A DNA stretch of 58,201 nucleotides, from assembly GCA_964492195.1 (NCBI GenBank), contig CAZBJL010000005.1, positions 1-58,201 on the forward strand. The letters run 5' to 3'. The stretch's first letter is position 1. Every line of letters starts with the position of its first letter. Below are positions 36,475 to 43,530 of the stretch, in pieces. Position numbers and translations under genes: made by a program. Under the pieces are notes generated by a model. The model did no database searches. It had not been told where the DNA came from and was given only the letters and a program-made list of their open reading frames with translations. The stretch comes from an uncultured Candidatus Saccharibacteria bacterium. Lineage in GTDB: Bacteria; Patescibacteriota; Minisyncoccia; Phycocordibacterales; DATGWK01.

Positions 36475-36981
36475 TTACCCTTCGACACACCCTGGCCGCC
36501 GCACGAAAACCCAGTTCGTGTCAGCATCCCACAAGTCCTCCGGCGTCATCTTGCGACAACTCAGCCGCAACATGTCTTCTTCGAGATGTGTAATGGTGAA
36601 CACCCGAGGTTTTTCTTGTGAATCCAACAGAGGCCGCATGGCCATCACCAGAGACTCACCGAAAACCTGGTCTGTGAGTTGCAACCGGAGCCTCGGACCG
36701 AAATCCGGGGGACAGAGTTCACCGAACTTCCGAATCGCTTGATTGACCTCGATCCGGGTCGCTCGTTTGGTGAAGCCAAGTTCGTAGCCCGACATGATGC
36801 CAAGCTCGGTACTTTTGACCTCGCCCGGAAGAAACTCCACATGTGGGAGAATTTCTTGAGCAAGGCCACTCACCACCATCTTCCTCCCCCTCATCAATTC
36901 CTCGAACTGACGCTTGGATGTGAGTTCCCTCTCCATCTGAAGGCTCACAGAACACGTCGCAGAAGCAAGTACAGTCATCAT
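36475..36981 (-). CDS. Hypothetical protein (orphan with an SD)
   Basis: GAGGAAG lies upstream of the ATG. It looks more G+C-rich than its neighbours. No known domain. Confidence 0.5.
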   Translation of the reverse strand: MMTVLASATCSVSLQMERELTSKRQFEELMRGRKMVVSGLAQEILPHVEFLPGEVKSTELGIMSGYELGFTKRATRIEVNQAIRKFGELCPPDFGPRLRLQLTDQVFGESLVMAMRPLLDSQEKPRVFTITHLEEDMLRLSCRKMTPEDLWDADTNWVFVRRPGCVEG

Positions 36982-37210
36982 TTCTTCCTCTCTTCAAAGT
37001 GCAACATTCCGTTTTTGCATAAACCACTACACAGTAGTCACGGTCACGAAATTCCTTTTCCAAAGAATATTGTGACTACAACCACCGTAAGTGTACATGC
37101 GCTCCCTTCCCGTAATTATAATAACCCATTTAAACGATATGTCAAACACTACATAACAAAAAACCCGCCGCAATGCAGTGGGTTTTTTGTAACACGTAAT
37201 CTTGTATAGA

Positions 37211-37939
37211 TTACTGGTTGAGGACAGCTCGGGTCAAAGGACCAACGAAGCCAGTCACATAACCGATTTGGTTAAAGTGAGCTTCTTGGTACGCTTTTGC
37301 CGCAGCAAAAGTGATTGGACCAAAGTAGCCAGTGTCGGTTGGGAAGGTAAAGAAACCTTCAGCACGGAGACGTTTCTGGAGTTCCATAACATCATTGCTC
37401 TGCATACCGATTGAAAGATCATTCAAGAACTTAAAATCTGTAGCACCCAAAACGATTCCCTGTGAAGTAGACGCGACTCGGTTGCGACTACCACCACTTG
37501 AAGAATGACGACGAGTAGAACCAGTCTCTGTTGGAGTTGGAACATCAATAGTAGGAACAGGAGAAGCTACGTGTGTAGTATCAACTGCTTGTGGTTCTTC
37601 TGATTCGTCTGAAAGTGAAGGCATAACAGGGTTAGCTGTTGGAGCATTATCACCTGCTTCAGCACCATCAGTACTTGGAGTCATACTACCGTCAAGCGTT
37701 CCGCTTGTAGGAAGCGCAGTTACAACTGGAGTGTCTGTAACGACAACATCAGGAGTAGCAACACCAGCGTCGAGAACAACTTCTGATACAGGGAGAGCAA
37801 TGCTGTCCACTGAATCATGAGCTGAAGCTTCGACAGCAACAGGCGCAACTTGTGCGTCTGCAATAGATGCAGCGTAAGTACCTGTCATAGAAATGGCAGC
37901 AATTACGAGCATAATCTTAGAAAATATTGTTTTTTTCAT
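37211..37939 (-). CDS. Secreted protein with a C-terminal peptidoglycan-binding (PG_binding_1) domain
   Basis: Signal peptide MKKTIFSKIMLVIAAISMTGTYA, a low-complexity T/V/P/S linker, and C-terminal NDVMELQKRLRAEGFF...GYFGPITFAAAKAYQ. Confidence 0.8.
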   Translation of the reverse strand: MKKTIFSKIMLVIAAISMTGTYAASIADAQVAPVAVEASAHDSVDSIALPVSEVVLDAGVATPDVVVTDTPVVTALPTSGTLDGSMTPSTDGAEAGDNAPTANPVMPSLSDESEEPQAVDTTHVASPVPTIDVPTPTETGSTRRHSSSGGSRNRVASTSQGIVLGATDFKFLNDLSIGMQSNDVMELQKRLRAEGFFTFPTDTGYFGPITFAAAKAYQEAHFNQIGYVTGFVGPLTRAVLNQ

Positions 37940-38017
37940 AATAAATTACTAACAAACTGTTAAATGCAGATTTGGTTTTAAATCCGCCAATATATTTCGA
38001 TATATATTGAGGTCAGC

Positions 38018-38046
38018 ATTGTATCAAACATACAACTATTTGTCAA
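38018..38046 (-). promoter_or_regulatory. Strong sigma70-type promoter for the PG-binding protein gene
   Basis: Minus strand reads TTGACA-17-TACAAT. The ~80-nt leader contains a CAATATAT/ATATATTG hairpin. Confidence 0.65.
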
Positions 38047-38092
38047 GACTATTGCTGGGAATAGCGCTGCGCGGAGGGATTATAAAAAGGCT

Positions 38093-40351
38093 TTATTTAG
38101 CCACGGTAACTGCTTCGTCAAACTGAATAGAAAGGAGCTTTGAAACACCGGTCATCATCGTAACGCCATACAAAACACCTGCGCGGGCCATTGTTTCGCG
38201 ATTATGCGTAATGAGAATGAGCTGGGAATACTTTGCGAGGCTTTCGATCATGTCGCCGTATTTTTTGGAGTTTGATTCGTCGAGGGCAGCGTCGGTTTCG
38301 TCGAGAATAATAAAAGGAGGCGGTTTAACCTGTGACATTGCAAAAATAAGAGCAATAGAAGTGAGCGCCCGTTCGCCACCGGAAAGCATCATGAGACCTT
38401 TGATTTTTTTCTTCGGTAAATTTACAGAAATTTCAATTCCCTCTTCGGCCTCTGAATCATCCAACATACCCGCTTCGATTGATTCAAGTCCTGCGCCGAG
38501 GTCGAGGTCTGGGTCAACTGCGCGACGTTTCTTTTCTTTGAGAAGTACAAGCTTTGCTTCCCCACCTCCGAACATGAGGGAGAAAAATTCGGCAAATTGT
38601 CTGTTGATCTTTTCGAGACCAATAGCAAATTCTGTACTGATCTTTTCACCAAAATCTCTAATGAGAATTTTCAAAGATTCCGCAGACTTTCCAAGATCTT
38701 CGAGTTCACGAATCAAAAACGCATCACGTTCGGATACATCGCGGAACTCCTTCATAATCTCGTCTGTTGCGCCAACACCACTTTCTTCAAGACGAATTTT
38801 TATTTTCTCCAACGTTCTTCTGCGATCATTTTGAACGGTTCGTTCTTCGAATTCACCACCTTCAAGTGGAACATTTTCAAAATCCAAAATATCTCTACCA
38901 ACAATTGCCGCGGCTTCGCCGAGTTCACGTTTGTAGTTCTCTTCTTCAATCCGGAGAGTATCTTCACGGGCCTTGATTATATTTTTTTGAGCAATGACTT
39001 CATTTTGCGCAGTCATAACTTCAAAAAGTTTCTTTTCAGCCGCACGGTTTGTATCTTTTTCTTCATCAATTTCAGTACGCAGTGATTCATATTCCTTCGA
39101 AAGGGTTTCTTCTTCGGTTTGAACTGCCTTTATTTTCTGGTCTAATTCAATTCTTTCTGTTTTGAGTTGTGCGAGAACCTTTTCTGAATCAGCAGAGCTT
39201 GTTTCGGCATCTTTTTGTTTATGTTTTGAAATAAAACCCGAAACCAAATTTCGCACGTGGGCGACAATTTTTTTCAATGCAGAAATGTCACTTTCATTTT
39301 CCGCAAGCTGTATCTGTTCGCTCAATTCCCCTGCAAGATTTTCGACGTCAGAAATCGGCACACGAATTTCTGCAGATTTTGAAATCTCCTTTTCTTTCGT
39401 GAGGATTCTTTCTTCAGCCGAAATCTGGCCTTCTGTTCGGCCAATCTCTCGCATGTATTCATCTTTTTTCTCTCGAGTTTTTCGGATTTTTTCTTCAAGG
39501 GAAATAATGTGATCACTTTTTTGATCGTGAGTTTTTGAACGTGCCAAAATCGCCTTCGCTTCACTCAAATCATGTTCGAGCTCCGCGAGACGTTTGTCTA
39601 TCGGAGACCTTTCGAGGGCAAGTTCGGCTTTCGCACCAGTAATGTAAAAATTTTCTCGCTTCAAATACTGTTTGTAGAGCGTCGCGAGCTCGGCTTTCAT
39701 GTGGACCGCCTTTTCAACTTTTTCAACCTGTTTTTTGAGGAATTTGAGGTGAGGCGCAACTTCCCGACGAAGAGACTCGACAGATTTAATATTTTCTTCG
39801 GTCTTAGAAAGCTTTCGTTCGCTTTCTTCCATTTTGTACTGATAAATTTTGAGACCGAGCGCATCTTCGATCATTGCTTTACGCTCTTTGATATTTGAAT
39901 TCAAAATTCGATCGGCTTCCCCCTGCGAAATAATGTGATGCCCTGATGAACCAATGTGAGCTGATGCGAGAAGCTCCAAAACGTCCTTAAGGCGAACCTT
40001 CGTGCCGTTGATTGCATACTCGTTTACTCCGTCACGAAACACGGTGCGTTCAATACTTACTTCATCAAAATCAAGATTTAAAAATCGACGACTATTGTCG
40101 AACACAATCTTTACTGAACCGCGATTTGCACGAGCAACTTCATTGTTACCGTTCCAAATCATGTCCTCGCCTTTTTTGCCGCGCATAGACTTGAGCGACT
40201 GTTCACCCAACACAAAACGGAATGCTTCGGCAACGTTCGATTTGCCGGAACCGTTGGGGCCGACAATAGACGTAATTGGCGTATTAAAATTCAATCCGCT
40301 TTTTTTTGCGAATGATTTAAAACCATGGAGTTCCAAACTCTTCAAATACAT
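38093..40351 (-). CDS. smc: SMC-like chromosome segregation ATPase, short form (752 aa, no recognisable hinge)
   Basis: N-terminal head FKSF...GPNGSGKSN, C-terminal head LSGGERALTSIAL and ILDETDAALD. Continuous coiled-coil sequence lies between them. Confidence 0.85.
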   Translation of the reverse strand: MYLKSLELHGFKSFAKKSGLNFNTPITSIVGPNGSGKSNVAEAFRFVLGEQSLKSMRGKKGEDMIWNGNNEVARANRGSVKIVFDNSRRFLNLDFDEVSIERTVFRDGVNEYAINGTKVRLKDVLELLASAHIGSSGHHIISQGEADRILNSNIKERKAMIEDALGLKIYQYKMEESERKLSKTEENIKSVESLRREVAPHLKFLKKQVEKVEKAVHMKAELATLYKQYLKRENFYITGAKAELALERSPIDKRLAELEHDLSEAKAILARSKTHDQKSDHIISLEEKIRKTREKKDEYMREIGRTEGQISAEERILTKEKEISKSAEIRVPISDVENLAGELSEQIQLAENESDISALKKIVAHVRNLVSGFISKHKQKDAETSSADSEKVLAQLKTERIELDQKIKAVQTEEETLSKEYESLRTEIDEEKDTNRAAEKKLFEVMTAQNEVIAQKNIIKAREDTLRIEEENYKRELGEAAAIVGRDILDFENVPLEGGEFEERTVQNDRRRTLEKIKIRLEESGVGATDEIMKEFRDVSERDAFLIRELEDLGKSAESLKILIRDFGEKISTEFAIGLEKINRQFAEFFSLMFGGGEAKLVLLKEKKRRAVDPDLDLGAGLESIEAGMLDDSEAEEGIEISVNLPKKKIKGLMMLSGGERALTSIALIFAMSQVKPPPFIILDETDAALDESNSKKYGDMIESLAKYSQLILITHNRETMARAGVLYGVTMMTGVSKLLSIQFDEAVTVAK

Positions 40352-40358
40352 TTGTACA

Positions 40359-40364
40359 ATTTTA
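40359..40364 (-). promoter_or_regulatory. -10 box 7 nt upstream of the smc ATG (leaderless configuration)
   Basis: Minus strand reads TAAAAT, then tgtacaa, then ATG. No SD. Confidence 0.45.
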
Positions 40365-40375
40365 CCGCATACATA

Positions 40376-40404
40376 AGAAAAAGTCCTGAGTATTAGTCAG
40401 GACT
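40376..40404 (-). terminator. Intrinsic terminator after the small membrane protein gene
   Basis: AGTCCTGA-ctaatac-TCAGGACT followed by TTTTTC. Confidence 0.7.
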
Positions 40405-40585
40405 TTTCATTTTCAAAATTGAAACCAACGATTATGATTGCAAAAAAAGTTACAAAGAAAGCCTTTACAAATCTCCCACTCCCGACCTGTTCCAGAGGAG
40501 CTGAGATAAGAACAGCGAACACGACCAGGGACACGATTTTGAGCGTCAGAAATGCAACAACCACATCGTCCGCTTTTTTGTTCAT
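40397..40585 (-). CDS. 62-aa two-TM membrane peptide (orphan)
   Basis: AAGGAGG lies 7 nt upstream of the ATG. It has its own promoter TTGACT-16-TATGTT (40627-40654) and terminator. Confidence 0.55.
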   Translation of the reverse strand: MNKKADDVVVAFLTLKIVSLVVFAVLISAPLEQVGSGRFVKAFFVTFFAIIIVGFNFENEKS

Positions 40586-40654
40586 TTTCACTCCTCCTTG
40601 TGTTATGAGTGGTACAACCTACACACAACATAGAACAATTCTAGAGAAAGTCAA

Positions 40655-41347
40655 CTACGCCCAATCCTTCACTTCAAGCGCCTTCTTTGCGGCTTCCTGC
40701 TCTGCGTCTTGTTTCGACTTTCCTTCTCCTGTTGCGATCATCTTGTTGCCGATAAAAACGCCGACTGTGAACTGTTTGTCATGGTCTGGGCCGGTTTCTT
40801 TTACAGTTTTATATTGCGGAGTAAGCTCAACGATCTCCTGTGCCTTTTCCTGAAAGAGACTCTTTGAGTCAATCCATGAGCCTTCCGAAAGAACAGTGTC
40901 GATAAGTGGAGAAATATGAGTATAAATAAAATCCTTTGCGGCATCGTACCCTTGGTCGACATAGACTGCGCCGATCACTGCCTCAAGTGTATTTGCCAAA
41001 ATGTACTGGCGTGCACGGCCAGTGTCTTTTGCTTCACCTTTTGAAAGGATGAGGTAGTCGTTCATGCCGAGCTTCGTGGCCACTGCAGCGCACGTAGTGG
41101 CATTCACAAGCGCTGAACGATACGCGGTCATGTCACCCTCATTTTTATCTGGATATTTTTTGAAAAGATAATCCGTGATGACGAGTTCGAGCACTGCATC
41201 GCCTAAAAATTCGAGACGCTCGTTGTGCCCAAAGCCAGCGTCTTTATTTTCATTTATATAGGAACGATGAACAAACGCTTGCCGGAGCAAGTTTTTGTCG
41301 TTAAATTTTACGCCCGCTGTTTTTTCAAATTCACTGAAATCTGGCAT
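40655..41347 (-). CDS. rnc: Ribonuclease III
   Basis: Signature NERLEFLGDAVL and a C-terminal dsRBD. Confidence 0.95.
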   Translation of the reverse strand: MPDFSEFEKTAGVKFNDKNLLRQAFVHRSYINENKDAGFGHNERLEFLGDAVLELVITDYLFKKYPDKNEGDMTAYRSALVNATTCAAVATKLGMNDYLILSKGEAKDTGRARQYILANTLEAVIGAVYVDQGYDAAKDFIYTHISPLIDTVLSEGSWIDSKSLFQEKAQEIVELTPQYKTVKETGPDHDKQFTVGVFIGNKMIATGEGKSKQDAEQEAAKKALEVKDWA

Positions 41348-41398
41348 TTTGTTTTAGTTTACCCCTCTTTAGTACACGAGTTTGCCATTTTGGGCAAG

Positions 41399-42298
41399 CT
41401 ACTTCTTAAGCAAGATATTGATTGCCTTTGTCACGATCGGCAAAATGTCATTATAAAAATTGAGGTCAAGAATGTCGGCAAGTTTGAACCATTTTGTATC
41501 ATCGAGGCCGCCATTACCTTCTTCGAGTTTGAGATCTTTAAACGGAGCCTTGGCCATATAATAGACGACCCGCTTTCGCTTCTTTCCCGTTTCAGGGTGA
41601 TAGGCAATGTACTCATTTTCACCGAGCTTGTCTTCAATCGTGACGTCCAAACCAATTTCATCATGAGCTCCGCGAGTAATCCCCGCTTTTTCTTCTTCGC
41701 CTGGCTTTAATTTGCCCTTGGTAAGCGTCCAATGGCCAAAAACGTCATGCACAAGCGCGAGGTAGATATCGCCTTCATGGTGAGCGTATACGACCGCCCC
41801 GCCGAGGATTTCCAGGGGTGCTTCTGCATCTGGGATGTCCTTTGGGCGTTTATGCTTCGAGGTTTCGTTCTTGTCTGGCTCGCCCATTTCTTTGTACACC
41901 GCACCGAGAACGCCGTTGACGAATTTACTACTTGTGTCACCGCCGTATGTCTTTGCGAGTTCGATTGCTTCGTTAATAGCAACCTTCGGTGGCACTTCTT
42001 TATGGTCAGCAAAAATGAGTTCGTAGAGACCAACTCTTAAAATATTGCGGTCAACGATAGAAATTTTTTCGATTGGCCAATCCGGAGCAGCTTTGGTAAT
42101 AATTTTATCTAAATCAGTGCTTTTTTTGAGCACATTTTTCATGAGATTGTCCGTAAATAAAAAATCTCCCATACCGGGAGCAAACTCTTCTGTATTGCGA
42201 CGAAGAATATCGAGCGCTTCTTTTTCGCTTTTCTTATTGAAATCAGTCTCGAAGAGGGACTGAACAACTATTGATCTGGAAAGGTGCCGATTTGCCAT
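41399..42298 (-). CDS. nusB: NusB antitermination factor fused to a C-terminal Nudix-fold domain
   Basis: N-terminal ~140 aa is NusB-like (RSIVVQSLFETDF...AINEAIELAKTYG). The C-terminus has a Nudix-box-like GKLKPGEEEKAGITRGAHDEIGL. Confidence 0.8.
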   Translation of the reverse strand: MANRHLSRSIVVQSLFETDFNKKSEKEALDILRRNTEEFAPGMGDFLFTDNLMKNVLKKSTDLDKIITKAAPDWPIEKISIVDRNILRVGLYELIFADHKEVPPKVAINEAIELAKTYGGDTSSKFVNGVLGAVYKEMGEPDKNETSKHKRPKDIPDAEAPLEILGGAVVYAHHEGDIYLALVHDVFGHWTLTKGKLKPGEEEKAGITRGAHDEIGLDVTIEDKLGENEYIAYHPETGKKRKRVVYYMAKAPFKDLKLEEGNGGLDDTKWFKLADILDLNFYNDILPIVTKAINILLKK

Positions 42299-42348
42299 TT
42301 TCTTGCTTCGTGCAACATGCGAACTGCGCGGAGCCGGTTACACCGAAA

Positions 42349-42573
42349 CTACTTTGCTTCTGTAGCTTTTTGAGACTTTTTTGTCTCCTTTTTTAACGCT
42401 GATTCCATGTCCATAACCTTGCGACCTTTGTATTGGCCACAACTTGCACAGACAGCGTGTTTTTCTTTGGGGGCATTGCAGTTTGCACAGACAGCAAAAC
42501 CTCGCGCCTTGAGCGCGTGATGAGACCGGCGGTTACCGGTGTGGCTTCTTGTGCTTCGCATTCGTACTACCAT
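42349..42573 (-). CDS. rpmF: 50S ribosomal protein L32
   Basis: MVVRMRSTRSHTGNRRSHHALK... and a CxxC...CxxC zinc ribbon. Confidence 0.92.
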   Translation of the reverse strand: MVVRMRSTRSHTGNRRSHHALKARGFAVCANCNAPKEKHAVCASCGQYKGRKVMDMESALKKETKKSQKATEAK

Positions 42574-42583
42574 ACAGGGAAGG

Positions 42584-42612
42584 ATTATAGCGGAAATGGC
42601 TTATTTAGGCAA
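42584..42612 (-). promoter_or_regulatory. rpmF promoter, -10 box 10 nt from the ATG
   Basis: Minus strand reads TTGCCT-17-TATAAT, then ccttccctgt, then ATG. Confidence 0.6.
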
Positions 42613-42671
42613 GAAATCTACAGCCCCACCCTCCGAAGACCGTTCGCGCACTCCTGCGGAGGGCTTTTCAA

Positions 42672-42780
42672 CCCACCCCTCCAGGAGAGCGCATAAATTC
42701 TACTGAATTTTGCTCCTCTCGGTCGCCTTCGCGACCTGCGAACTCTCCTTCCGGGCTGGGTTTGGTAAAAAATACAATAC
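42672..42780 (-). ncRNA. Candidate structured RNA element, copy B (strand assignment tentative)
   Basis: Outer helix 42672-42689 pairs with 42743-42760. Conserved hairpin at 42685-42720. GGTCGC/GCGACC hairpin at 42721-42736. Shared 21-nt box at 42761-42780. Confidence 0.45.
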
Positions 42781-42866
42781 TCATACTGTCATCCCCGACT
42801 CGCCTCGCGGCGTAAATTTAACGGGGATCCAGTATTTTTTTCAAAGAAAAACTTCTGAATATGATT

Positions 42867-43490
42867 CTATGAAATCCCCTTCAAAAAACTCCTTCGATGA
42901 ATCTCACTCGGCCCGAATTTCTTAATTTTTTGCCGATGAGAAAGCGTTCCATAGCCTTTATGAATATGAAAATCAAAGTCAGGGTACCGTTTTGATAACC
43001 GAATCATTGTGTGGTCACGGGTAACTTTGGCGACGATGGATGCAAGGCTGATGAGTGGTTCGCTTTGATCTCCACGGATGATCGTTTTTTGGTATAAAAA
43101 TTCTTCTGGAGCAGAGAGACTGCCATCGAGAATAACCATTGTCTGATGAGCTGGCACTTGGAGTTTTTTAAGAATTTTTTTCGTCGCAAGGCGAATCGCA
43201 AAGACAATTCCCTTTTCGTCGATAATTTTTGGACTGATTAAAGCTACCGCGAAGTCGAGTGATTTTTCTTTTTTTGCGTGCTTCATTTTTTTGAAAATTT
43301 CTTCACGAACTTTCGGCGAAAGCATTTTTGAATCTTTTGCGATTTTAAAAAGAGGATGTTTTGTGTTGAAAGGTATGACGACAGCACCCACAGAAACCGG
43401 TCCAGCCAAAGGCCCACGCCCTGCCTCATCTATTCCAACAATAAAATTAATACGACTCGGATATATTTTGACGATTTTCGGCGCGGTCAT
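42867..43490 (-). CDS. rnhB: Ribonuclease HII
   Basis: GIDEAGRGPLAGPV catalytic motif. The start was chosen at MTAPKIV; the ORF extends to 43532. Confidence 0.9.
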   Translation of the reverse strand: MTAPKIVKIYPSRINFIVGIDEAGRGPLAGPVSVGAVVIPFNTKHPLFKIAKDSKMLSPKVREEIFKKMKHAKKEKSLDFAVALISPKIIDEKGIVFAIRLATKKILKKLQVPAHQTMVILDGSLSAPEEFLYQKTIIRGDQSEPLISLASIVAKVTRDHTMIRLSKRYPDFDFHIHKGYGTLSHRQKIKKFGPSEIHRRSFLKGIS

Positions 43491-43518
43491 GGAAGTAGGT
43501 AAGGTAATCTCTAAGTTG

Positions 43519-43524
43519 TATAAT
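43519..43524 (+). promoter_or_regulatory. -10 box 6 nt upstream of the dnaE ATG (leaderless configuration)
   Basis: TTG-TATAAT, then cgtagc, then ATG. No SD. Confidence 0.5.
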
Positions 43525-43530
43525 CGTAGC

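Noticed and set aside
43291-43530. Upstream extension of the dnaE ORF (80 extra N-terminal residues).
   Set aside because: The extension is antisense to the rnhB N-terminus. The conserved PHP-domain N-terminus MSKFTHLHVHSHYS starts at 43531, directly after a TATAAT box.
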